A DNA stretch of 64,000 nucleotides from Mobula hypostoma (lineage: Eukaryota): NCBI RefSeq assembly GCF_963921235.1, contig NC_086097.1:38814001-38878000 (forward strand). Reading direction: 5' to 3'. Both the position numbers and the translations under genes were made by a program. The notes beneath the pieces were generated by a model. That model was not told where the DNA came from and searched no databases. It saw only the letters and a program-made list of their open reading frames with translations. Within the stretch, counting starts at the first letter, position 1; the number at the start of each line of letters is the position of its first letter. This document shows positions 13,512 to 24,930 of this stretch, one piece after another.

Positions 13512-13806
13512 CTACGGAGACAGAAATGCCTTCAATTTCCTTCTCAGTATACATTGCAAATTAGCTGCAAATTACTGGCTCCACTGGAAGATTCTGTTTA
13601 TCTTTTGCTTCACAGTGTCAATTATACCTTTGCAAATGGTTTTAGCAATTAAATTGTCGCAAATTGAAATCAAATTAAAGTTTTAGTTTTCCTCCATCAA
13701 ATCTAGTGAAATTAAATCAATTTTGCTGCTTTTATCAAAAGTCAAGAACTTTACTGGCATTACTGTAACTAGATTTACAGATAAAGACACAAGTAAAAGA
13801 AAAAGA

Positions 13807-13994
13807 TGCAAACATGAAGAAATCTGCAGATGCTGGAATTTCAAGCAACACACATAAAAGTTGCTGGTGAACGCAGCAGGCCAGGCAGCATCTCTAGGAA
13901 GAGGTACAGTCGATGTTTCGGGCCGAGACTGTACCTCTTCCTAGAGATGCTGCCTGGCCTGCTGCGTTCACCAGCAACTTTTATGTGTGTTGCT
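13807..13994. mobile_element. Short fold-back Penelope-like insertion (perfect 69-bp-arm hairpin)
   Basis: Arms 13843-13911 and 13927-13995 are reverse complements; 13-bp TSD TAAAAGAAAAAGA at 13794-13806 and 13995-14007; homologous to the ends of the element at 41856-43180. Confidence 0.88.
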
Positions 13995-14804
13995 TAAAAG
14001 AAAAAGAAATAGTTAAAGTGAAACAATATTGTTTCAGCAAAAGATATAATATTGTGTTTCTATACCAATTAGTTTTTCTCAATGATAAAACTATTTTGAT
14101 ATAGAGAAATGTTTTATATAAGAAAAAAAAATTCAAAAATTCTTTATTTAGCTTTGTCACATTGTTGCCACAGAATGTTTTACGAAACATGTTGTGAAGA
14201 AGAAGTGAGGGAACAAAATATCAAAACAGCAGTCAGCTGGGTCTATTAACAAAGCATTTGCAAACAATTACCAGTGATTTTGGAAAAATTCCAGAAACGA
14301 CTTGCTTCACAAATTCCAACATCCGATCGCCAACATCTGACAGGAAGGTATCTGCTCCCGCCAGACCTCTGTAATCTTTTTTTCTGTAGGGCAATTCTGT
14401 TCTATTTTAATTAGATTTCATGGTGATTTAATTTTTTCTGCCTGTTGCAGTGAGCAGCATCAGTACTACAAAGTGAAATGAACAGACAAAATTTTAGTGT
14501 CAAGCAATATTAGCCTAGCCAGAATGCAGGCAGTTGCACTGTTAAATCTTTTGCTCCAAACAGTGATGGAAATTCCTTTTTTGCACTATGGGAGCAAAGT
14601 TAGAAACACATTTATAAGGTTTGCATTTATATTCAGTTGCAGCAATGCACAGAGGAAATAATACTTGTCTGAATAAGAGAAACTCTCTCCCCTGACGTGA
14701 CATTTTTCTCACTACTAGTGAACACTGGCTACACTACAAAATGGCTGAAAGGTGAGGTTGCTAATACAAAGGATGAAACTGCATCTTTCACTTTCTCACT
14801 TTGC

Positions 14805-15225
14805 ACCGCATGCTGTCGGAGCAGTGCTGCCAGGATAATCAAGGACACGACCCACCCAGCCAACACACTTTCCGTCCCTCTTCCCTCCGGGAGAAGGCTC
14901 AGGAGCTTGAAGACTCGTACGGCCAGATTTGGGAACAGCTTCTTTACAACCGTGATAAGATGCTGAACGGATCCTGACCCGGATCTGGGCCGTACCCTCC
15001 AAATATCCGGACCCGCCTCTCGGTTTTTTTGCACTACCTTACTTTCCATTTTTCTATTTTCTATTTAAGATTCATAATTAAAATTTTTATATTTACTAAT
15101 TTTTACTATTTTTAATATTTAATATTTGTAATCCAGGGAGCGGGAAGCACAGAATCAAATATCGCTGTGATGATTGTACGTTCTAGTACCAATTGTTTGG
15201 CATCAATAAAGTATAAAGTATAAAG
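14805..15225 (+). mobile_element. Rex1/Babar-type LINE 3' end
   Basis: RIIKDTTHPANTLSVPLPSGRRLRSLKTRTARFGNSFF motif, 3' UTR and (AAAGTAT)n tail. Confidence 0.85.
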
Positions 15226-15619
15226 GTTAAGTGTTTGTACATGTACCTATTTTGTCTAGAAGAGCTTCAATTTTAAAAAAATAATACATGCCAAATAATT
15301 AATATGTTTAGTACTGAATCCGTATTTTCTCAGATGGGTTCAGGTTCTTTAGATATCAGGAGGGTATTTAGAAAATTATTAATTTATCATCAAGGGTGTC
15401 ATCACTTGTCTTTAGCGACTTGCGTGTACAGCATATAGCACCTTCAATTAGTAAAATGCTCCAAAGTATTGAAAGGTGGGCGAGGAAACAAAAATTTGCC
15501 GAGACAAATACAAAGATATCAGCAGGCAATGACAAATGTAGGTTTAGGAAGTGTTTCAAAGTGGTGGAAAGGTGGAAATATCAATATTTTCATACAACGT
15601 ATCAGGCCGGTCAGGTCAT

Positions 15620-16405
15620 GAAGTAAATTGGTTTATTGTTGTCAGCTGTACGGAGGCACAGTGAAAAGCTTGTCTTGTATGCCATCCATACAGATCAAGG
15701 GTGCATTGTGGTGAAACAATAACAGGGTACAGAATAAAGTGTTCCAGCTACAGAGCAGGTGCAGTGCAGGCAGAAAATAAGATGTCAGGCCATAGTGAGG
15801 TGAATTGTGAGGACAAGAGTCCAACTTAATGTACTAGGGGACCACTCATTCGTCAATAGTTACAAACAGTTCCTGAGCCTACTGGAATGTACATTCAAGC
15901 TTTTGTATGATCTGCCTGATTGGAGGGGACAGGAGAGGGAATATCTGGGGAGGGTGAGGTCTTTGATTCTGTGGCAGCCAGAAGTGTAAAAGAGTCCTTG
16001 GAGGGGAGATTGGTTTCTGTGATGTGTTGAGTTGTGTCCATAATTATCTGCAGTTATTTGTGGGCACAGGGGGAGCAGTTGCCATACCAAACCGTGATGC
16101 ACCAGGAAGGGATGCTTTCTGTGCTACGTTGATAAAGGTTTGTGAGGGTCCTAAGGGATGTGCCAACTATTTGAACCTCCTGAGGCAGCAGAAGCATTGG
16201 TGAGATTTCTTGGCAGTGGAACTTGAAGCTCTCAACCTTCTCAACTTCAGCACCGTTGACGTAAACAGGAGCATGTTCACCAGCCATTTTGTTTTGCTGA
16301 CATTGAGGGAAAGGTTGTTAGCATGATACCATATCACTGGGCTCTCTATCTCTTTTGACTCATCATTAATTGAGATTCGGCCCACTGTGGTGGTATCATC
16401 TGCAA
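15620..16405 (-). mobile_element. Degenerate Rex1/Babar-type LINE fragment
   Basis: ADDTT, NNLSLNVSKTK, CITVWYGNC, LQSGRSYKSL motifs across frameshifts. Confidence 0.8.
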
Positions 16406-16429
16406 TTGCCTTGCAAAGTCGATACTAGC

Positions 16430-17062
16430 TCACAAAAAAATCTAATTCTCTCACTAATTTGCCCTCTAACTTATTCTCCTACACTCCCATCAACTCTATC
16501 AATTCATTTTCAAACCAACATGTAATTGCATTCATTACATTGTTGGCAAGAAGAGCTATTTTATTGAAGTGGAAAGATACCTCTGCTCCTACACTAATTC
16601 AATGGTTTTCCCAAGTAATGTTTTGTCTTAGTTTAGAAAAAATTAGAAGTAGAACCTTTGATCCTCAATTCGATTTTGAGAGAAGGTGGGGCTCTTTTGC
16701 CAAATATTATCGTTTATTTTGAATTAATTTGTATGGTTTCCTTCCAATTTTATGTTATATAAATATGATTTGGTGGTTGTTGTTTTTTTTTCTCTTTTAT
16801 ATATATAGATGATTGTAAGATGTATTGCTCCAGGAGTTGGTTCCTAATGGTTTTATTTTGTGGTTAGTGGGTTTTTTTAAAAGTTAGTTGGGGTTCTCTT
16901 TTTTCCTTCTTTTTCTTATATAAAATTTCTTTTTTCATTAGCATATACAAGTTTTTTTCCTTCAGCTTTATTAATTATATATATACTAATTTGTTGAACT
17001 TTTGTATTTTATAGCTGTAGAAGATTATATATCAATAAAAAGATTTTAAAAATGAGAATGAA
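16430..17062 (+). mobile_element. L1-type LINE 3' end
   Basis: IAFITLLARRAILLKWK...SLEKIR...W C-terminus homologous to the L1 at 6100; T-rich UTR; AATAAA and A-rich tail. Confidence 0.8.
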
Positions 17063-17149
17063 ACTCGATCAATCACCTACACCAGCACAATTTACAGCGT
17101 CAGTTAACTTACCAAGCAATATGTCTTTGGAGTGTGTAAAGAAATCTTG

Positions 17150-17432
17150 CCTCAAAAATCTAATTGAGTTTTTCTGAGGAAGTAATGAAGAGGATTAATG
17201 AAGGCAGAGCAGCAGGCATAGTATACATGTAGCTTTTGACAAAGTCTGACATGGCAGGGTTAGTCCAGAAGATTACAGTGCATTGGCTCCCAGGGATATT
17301 GGCAAACTGGATCCAGAATTGGCTTGGTGATGGGGGGCAGAGGGTCATGATCAAGAGCTGTTTTTCTGACCGGAATTCTGTAACTAGTGGTATACTGCAT
17401 CAGTTGTTACTGGGATCTTTATTGTTAGTTTT
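17150..17432 (+). mobile_element. Old CR1 RT fragment
   Basis: Decayed KSCLxNLIEF and WIQNWLGDGGQRVMI motifs. Confidence 0.65.
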
Positions 17433-17439
17433 ATATACA

Positions 17440-19425
17440 CAGTACTGTGCAAATATCTTAGGCACATGTAAAAAAATCTGCAAAGTGAAGATACTTTCAA
17501 AAATAATGAAAGGAAAAGTTTCCAAATATGAAAAAAATTACTATAAAGAGCAGTAAACAGTAAAAAACTAAATCAAATCAATATTTGGTGTGGCCACCTT
17601 TAAAACTGCATCAGTTCTCTGAGGTACACTGTCATGCAGTTTATCAAAAAATTAGCTAAAAGGTTGTACCAAGCATCTTGGAGAACTTGGCACAGTTCTG
17701 CTGCAGACTTTGGCTGTCTCTCTTGTTTTTGTCTCTCCGAGTAATCCCAGACAGTCTCAATGATGTTGAGATCAAGGCTCTGGAGGCTGTACTATCTGTT
17801 GAGGAACTCATTGTTCTTCTTTTCGCTGAAGATACTTCTTTATGACCTTGGCTGTGTGTTTGGGGTCATTGTGCAAAACGAAGTTGGGACCGATCAGACC
17901 CCTTCCTGATGGTTTGTGTGATGGATGAGAATCTGCTCGTACTTCTCAGCACTGAGGATTCCATTAATTCTGCCCAGATCACCAACTCCATTTGCAGAAG
18001 TGCAGCCCCAAAACCTGTAGGGAGCCTCCGCCATGCTTCACTGTTGGCTACAGACACTCTCCAGCTTTTCTATGGATAAACTGCCTCCTGCCTGAGCCAA
18101 GACTTTCAAATTTTGATTCAGCAGCCCAGAACACTTGCTGCCATTATTCAGTACCCCAGTCCTTACGTTTTTGTATGTTTGTGAGTCTCCTGGCTTTGCT
18201 TCCACTTTGGAGGAATGGCAACTCCTCCATGAAGACCACTTCTGACAAGAGTTCTCTGGACTGTAGAGAGGTGTACTTGGGCTCCAGTGGTTTCTGTGCA
18301 TTCAGAGCAGGTATCAGTGCTGGACTTCCTCCAATTTAGGGACGTCATTTTGATGTAACTCTCATCCTGCTGCACTCAGTTTCCGTGGCTAACTACTGCG
18401 TTTCTGGTCCTCAATCTTGCCCATTTCTTTGTGCTTCAGAAGAGTTTGGACGACACATCTTGAAACTCCTATCTGCTGCAAAATTTCTGTTTGGAAGAGA
18501 TGCCGGAGGACCACCTTGTGTCTTGTTGCTATGCTCACTCTAACCATGGTGTAAGAATTAATGATTAGAAGGTTAAATTGTCACATCTGACACACCCTCG
18601 CCTTTTAGTTTGGTTGTCCTTCGCCCAGTTTGAGTTTCAGTTAATTAGTTTAGTTCATTCAAATCATCAGGTCATTGGAGGGAGGAGAAGGTGGCAGCAC
18701 GACGCAGCTCGCAGCGGCCACTCCGGTGAATGATATCTGTTATCTGTCAAGTAGGGTGCCATGCACAATCCTGATTTGATGGAGACAGACATGAGAGCAT
18801 GGAGGAACATCTGGTGAAACTTCTGAAATGCCTGTTTTGCTGCCACTGCTACTGTGTGATCCAGAGTCTCTGGAGAGGAAGGCCCTGAGTCCTCGGCTTT
18901 GTTTGTTGCTCGGCGGCCGGGGCAGGGTCGAAGCGCTCAGCAGAGATGGTGCTTGGTGCTCGGAGGGCTGGTCGGAGGCTCGAAGTTTTTGGATGGATTC
19001 AGAGTCAGCTGCGGTCGGGTGCTTCCAATGCATCGGCAAGTTTGCAGCGCTTCCATCTGCGTGAGATGATGGGGCTATCGGGACTTGAGACTTTTTTTTA
19101 CCGTGCCCATGGTCTGCTCTTTATCAAATTATGGTATTGCTTTGCACTGTTGTAACTATAAGTGTCCTCATAATCTAATCTAATATGTTATAATTATGTG
19201 GTTTTGTCAGTTTTAGTCTTGGTTGTCCTGTGTTTCTGTGATATCTTTCTGGAGAAACATTGTATCATTTTTAATGCATGTATTTCTAAATGACAATAAA
19301 CAAGGACTGAGTGTCCTCATAATCTAATCTAATCATTAGCATCCTGTTTGTTATCCTTGTTAATCATGCACTAGCCTATATATATACTACAAAGTAATCA
19401 AGCTTTTATTTGAAAAGTGGTTGAT
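17440..19425 (-). mobile_element. Degenerate Tc1/mariner DNA transposon; one TIR kept, interrupted at 18677-19332 and truncated by L1
   Basis: TIR CAGTACTGTGCAAA..TCTTAGGCA at 17440; minus-strand remnants (DESYIKMTSLNWRKSSTD...GAQVHLSTVQRTLVRSGLHG) match a Tc1 transposase DNA-binding region. Confidence 0.8.
18677..19332 (+). mobile_element. Non-coding, non-autonomous retroposon with Rex1-like 3' end
   Basis: GC-rich 5' part, 3' ctggagaaac...aaatgacaataaac shared with the Rex 3' UTR at ~34563-34618, (AATCT)n tail, probable TSD TCATT. Confidence 0.6.
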
Positions 19426-19545
19426 TTGGAGTTCTCGTGACGTCATCATTCAGAATGGCCCCTCCGGAAAAACGCTTATTTCACCCCGTTAATCTGCCAA
19501 ATACTAGGTCTCTAAAAAATATCTGAACTGGTAAGTGGGACAAGA

Positions 19546-20511
19546 ATGGGGAAAAGGAATGGAGATAAAAGAAGTGTCACTGCAGACCCTGTGGATGAGA
19601 GGGGTGCAGCGAGCGGCTCTCCTACACGTGCGCGTGGTGGCAAGGCTGACGATGGGCCTCGTTCAGGTGAAGCGGCAAATGTAGTAAAAATTCTGGAAGA
19701 GACACGGGAATTCCAAAAAGACATAAAACAGCAACTAAATGATATCAAGTCAGAGCTCACCAATGTTAATCAAAAAATAGCGGTGACAGAGACACAAATT
19801 GAAAAGATGGAAGATCACGTTCAAAATGTGGAACGGATGCTAAGTAAGATGATAAAAGTGTTAAATCAACAATAAAATAAATTACTCGACCAAGAAGGAA
19901 GGTCACGACGAAAGAATATCAGGTTATATAATGTTCCCGAAGGAGCGGAGGGGTTATCTATGGTGGAGTTTGTAGAAAACTTGCTACGGGACACACTGGA
20001 GCTTCACCCAACCATGGCACCCGACACTGAGAGAGAACACCGCGCGCCTGTCCCGAGGCCTTCTGGAGACAGGGAAAATAAGCCACTGTCAATAGTAATT
20101 AGATTCCTTCTGTACAAAACCAAAGCAGAGATTCTGCACAAGGCCTGGGGAAAGAAGAATATATTTTTAAACGGGAAATTAATATATTTTGATCAAGATT
20201 ACCCCCCAGCAGTCCTGCAGAAATGTAAGGAATATTCTGAAGCGAAGCGAGTATTAAAGCAAAGAAGGATTAACTTCCAGACTCCGTACCCTGCTAAATT
20301 GCGAGTGTTTTATGAAGACAGGACGCAGCTGTATCAGACAGTGGAAGAGGCGACTGCAGACATGAAGGACAGAGGGTTGCCTGTCAGTGTGATCAAACCA
20401 AGGGAAAGCCTGGCTGAGCAGCTATCCCGCTCTGCTTGGAAAATAGTGAGAGAATCGAGAAAGCAGGGGACAGGAGGAGGGCAAGAGAAGAATATCAGGA
20501 AGAGACTGTGA
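19546..20511 (+). pseudogene. L1 ORF1p (RNA-binding protein) with an in-frame stop at 19873-19875
   Basis: Coiled coil, then EGRSRRKNIRLYNVPEG, IVIRF, YFDQDYP, YPAKLRV motifs in one frame. Confidence 0.85.
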
Positions 20512-21014
20512 GTTCTCTAAAGACAGCCCTCACCCCCTCCAGAAGAGCCATAAGGTCTGACTAATTTCAAAAGTGTTGATAAGCTAAACAGAAGCAAAGA
20601 TAGGCGGTGCTATACTTATCTCAAGAATTACATATTATAATGTGGATTTTATATTACTCAATTATTTTATTTTTTATTCATTCATTCACTCCTTTTTCCC
20701 CACCCAAATGAGAATATACACATGGGAGGAATACACAGGGAAGTCTTTTCTGTGTAATGGACATAGATTTTTTTTACTTACTTTTATGGGTACTGCAGTG
20801 GGGGCCCTCAACTCACAGGTAGGAGAGGCTATCCCCCACGGCTAGACGTTTCCTCTAGCTCAACCCAGGGTCATCTACTCGATACCTCAGCCTTGGAATC
20901 ACACCTTCGCTACCTTTTTTTTCATTTGCGTTTCTTGGTTCTTATTTGTTCAGGGAGTAGATCGATTAAGTTCTATTTTGCTAATTTTAATGATATACTG
21001 ACACATAAATACAC

Positions 21015-24000
21015 GTGGCTAAGGACAAAGTAAAATTAATTTCTTTTAATGTCAATGGGCTGTTAAATCCAATCAAACGCAGTAAAATTCTGTCAAAGAT
21101 GAAGAAAGAACAAGCCCATGTTGTATATTTACGGGAAACTCACAAGTGATAATGAGCATGGAAAACTAGAGAGAATGGGCTTCACTAATTTGTTTTTCTC
21201 CTCATATAAATCGGGAAATAGGAGAGGAGTTGTTATTCTCATCTCAAGCAAGGTAAATTTTGAAAAAGTATTTGAAATGGGAGTTAAGGAGGGCAGATAT
21301 ATTCTGGTAAGGGGGAATATAGATGGAAATTCAGTTACTCTATTGAATATATACGCACCCCCAGGAAGTGATATTTGTTTCTTCCAGAAAATTACTAATA
21401 TTATGGTAACGGAAACAGAAGGTCTCTTGATATGTGGGGGGAGACTTAAATTTACAATTACAACCAAAGTTAGACTCTTCCAATAGAAAAACCTATGAAA
21501 CAAAGTCCTCACATAAGAAAGTTAACACACTTTTTCAGGATGTTGGTCTAATTGATATGTGGAGGGACCTTTTCCCCGATAGAAGGGATTACACTCATTA
21601 TTCTGCCCCCCATTCTGTATATACAAGAATAGACTATTTCATAACATTTGGAAAAGATAAAGACAAAATAATCACCTGTGGAATTGGGCAATAGATATTA
21701 GTGACCATGCACCTATATATTTATCTGTTGATTTTGACCCACATCCAAAGAATACAATTTGGAAACTAAATTCAAGTCTACTCAATGATCCCTATTTTAA
21801 GGAACAAATTAAAAGAGAAATTGGTCTTTACTTCGAATTCAATGATAGTGGAGAGGTTTCACCTCCCATTCTATGGGATACTCTGAAGGCTGTCTTAAGA
21901 GGGAAAATTATAGCGATATTTTCATCTAAGAAAAAAAATAAGGAATAAAACATTAGAGGAATTACAAAATAAGTTGAAGGAACTAGAAAAAAACACAAAT
22001 TGAGTTTGACACAGGATACATTAGAGGAAATTTTAAAAATTAGGAATGAAATTAATAGTTTGGCTACACAAGAAATCAGGAAAAATCTGATGTTTCTGAA
22101 ACAGAGACACTATGAAAGTGGATCTAAATCTATGAAAATACTGGCGTGGAAACTGGAAAAAAAAGATAGCAGAAAATACAATTCATAGAATTAGGGATCC
22201 AAGAACAAAACTGATAAAAAATAAGCTAAGTGAAATTCAAGAAGCTTTTGAAGTACTTTACAAAACTCTATATTCCAAAGTTCCAGGGGGAAGCATATCC
22301 CAAATTGACACCTTCCTGAATTCTCTAGAGTTACCCTCTTTAAGCGAAGAACAAAATAGAATGATGACTGCTGACATAACTGAAGCTGAACTAAAAACTG
22401 CTGCCATTAGTAGGCTTAAATTAAGCAAGTCACCAGGATCAGATGGATATACGGCAGAGTGGTACAAAGAATTTAAAAATGAATTAATTCCTGTTTTACT
22501 CCCCACACTGAACTGGGCTCTAAGAAAGGCGCAAATGCCACCCAGCTGGAAGGATGCGGTAATCTCAGCTATACTGAAAAAGAAGGCAAGGATAAACTGG
22601 AATGTGGGTTATTTAGACCAATATCTGTTCTTAATGTAGATTATAGATTAGTTACCTCCATCATGGCCAAATGATTAGGAGAGTTTCTACCCACACTGAT
22701 ACATAATGATCAGACAGGTTTTATCCAACAATGCCAAACACAAGACAATATACGAAGGACACCACATTATGGACCATATACAAAAAAAATAAAATTGAAG
22801 CAATGGTGATAAGTGTGGACACTGAAAAGGCATTTGATTCAGTTAATTGGAATTTTCTTTACAGAGTTTTACATAGATTTGGTTTACATGACACAATTAT
22901 TAAAACTATACAGGCACTATATAACAATTCTACTGCTAGGATTAAAATCGATGGATATTTATCAAATAGTTTTACCCTAGACAGGGTTACGAGACAGGGT
23001 TGTGCATGGTCACCGCTACTCTTCGCATTATATCTGGAACCATTAGCTCAATACATCAGACAAAATGAAGATATCAGGGGAATTATTATTACAGGGACAG
23101 GGCATAGATTGGCCTGATACGCGGATGACATTTTGATCTATCTAGGGCAACCAACATACTCTTTACCTAAATTGATGCAATCCTTTGAACAACATGGTCA
23201 ATTATCAGAATACAAGATCAACATAGATAAAACCCAATTACTTCCATATAACTATAGCCCACCAAGAGAAATTGAAAGTAGATATCCTTGGGCATGGCAA
23301 ACAGAGTCTTTCAAATATTTGGGCATTATTATGCCAAAAGATTTGGCAAAATTATCAGAATGCATTTATCCGCCTATATATAAAAAAATTAAGGAAGATA
23401 TATCAAGGTGGAACCTAATTCCTTTTCTTGGTCTCAGTTCAAGGATTGAATCCATTAAAATGAATATATTGCCCAGACTATTATATCTCTTTCAGACCCT
23501 ACCAATAGAGATTAACCAAAATCAATTCAATGAATGGAACAAGATGTTATCAAGATATATATGGCAAGGTAAAAGGCCTAGAGTTTGTCTCAAAACTTTG
23601 CAATTAGCCAAGGAGAAGGGGGATGGGGCCTACCTTCTCTCAGAGATTATTATTTTGCAGCACAGTTGAGAGCTGTGATATGCTGGTGCAACCTATCATA
23701 TGGCGCTCAATGGAAAAACATTGAGGAGAGGATACTTTCCATCCCCATACAGGCAATTTTGGCTGATAACAACCTACAAAGTTACATAAATACTATTGAT
23801 AACCCCTGGGTGAAATGGACTCTTAAAATATGGAAAACTATTATAAAAGAATATAAACTAGAGGGAGATATTGCAATTCCTAAATGGTGTGCATATGACT
23901 CGGATTTTACGCCAAATAAACTGGATGCTAGATTTAAGGACTGGACAGCTAAAGGAATAACAGTTCTTTGCAATATAATGAAAGAAGGAATACTGTTCAG

Positions 24001-24558
24001 TTTTGAAATGCTTAAAGAGAAACACTTATTAGAAAAACAAGACTTTTATCGGTATTTGCAGATGCGACAGTATGTTAACAGGAGGGTTAAAAATGTAACC
24101 AAGGTACATGCTTGATAGAGCTATTTAGAAGAGCATATAATTCAGATAATGGTAGTAGAATCATTTCAAGCATGTATAAGGGTTTGTCAAATCTTAAAAC
24201 ACACTCAACTTCATACATTAAAACAAAATGGGAGAAGGAAGGAGGGATAATTATATCTGAGGAAGAATGCACAATAATATGGAGGTATCAATGGAAGTGT
24301 ACCAGTTCACAGAAATGGAGGGAGTTTGGATGGAAAGACGTGATAAGATATTTTATTACACCCGCTCAGAAATCCCATTATGATAGTAACCTCCCTGTTT
24401 GCTGGAGAAATTTGGAAATCAAAATGCAAGCTATCACCATATTTTCTGGGATTGCCCCATTATCAAAGACTATTGGAGTGGGATACACAATGCCCTATCA
24501 GACATTTTTAAATGTGAAATACCCTTAGAAAGTAAGACCATATATTTTGGGTATATTT
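21015..24558 (+). pseudogene. L1 ORF2p (APE endonuclease / reverse transcriptase), frameshifted
   Basis: SFNVNGL, NIYAP, GGDLN, RIDYF, SDH (endonuclease); SPGSDG, DTEKAFDSV, RQGCAWSPLLF, YADD (RT); HHIFWDC. Confidence 0.9.
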
Positions 24559-24930
24559 CCTTTCCCCTCCCCAGCCCTCCAGACCTACCCACCATCTTCG
24601 CTTTGTAACTTCTAGTTCTTGGCCTCTTCTCTTTTGTCCTGTTGTCCCCTCCTATCAGATTCCTTTGCCAACCCTTTACTTTTCCTATCCTTCACCTCCC
24701 AACTTCTCACATCATCCCCTTTCTCCACCCTCCCCCTCCCTCCCTCACCTGGATTCACCTATCACCTACCAGCTCGTGCTTGTTCCCCTCCTGCTTTCTT
24801 TTTATTCTAGCTTCTGCTCTCTTTCCTTCCGGTCTTGATGAAGGGTGTTGGCTTGAAATGGTGACTGTTCATTCCCCTCCATAGATGCTGTCTGACCTGC
24901 TGAGTTCCTCCAGCATTTTGTGTGCGTTCC
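24559..24930 (+). mobile_element. Old Penelope-like 3'/pLTR fragment
   Basis: Pyrimidine-rich tract, decayed hammerhead-like motif (tgatgaaggg...gaaatg) and atagatgctgtctgacctgctgagttcctccagcatttt end. Confidence 0.7.

Larger units (their letters stand above)
19429..24558 (+). mobile_element. Near full-length L1-type LINE (5' UTR, ORF1, ORF2; 3' end missing), inactivated
   Basis: ORF1 coiled-coil/RRM/CTD motifs and ORF2 APE endonuclease, RT and zinc-knuckle motifs in order, with stops and frameshifts. Confidence 0.93.
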
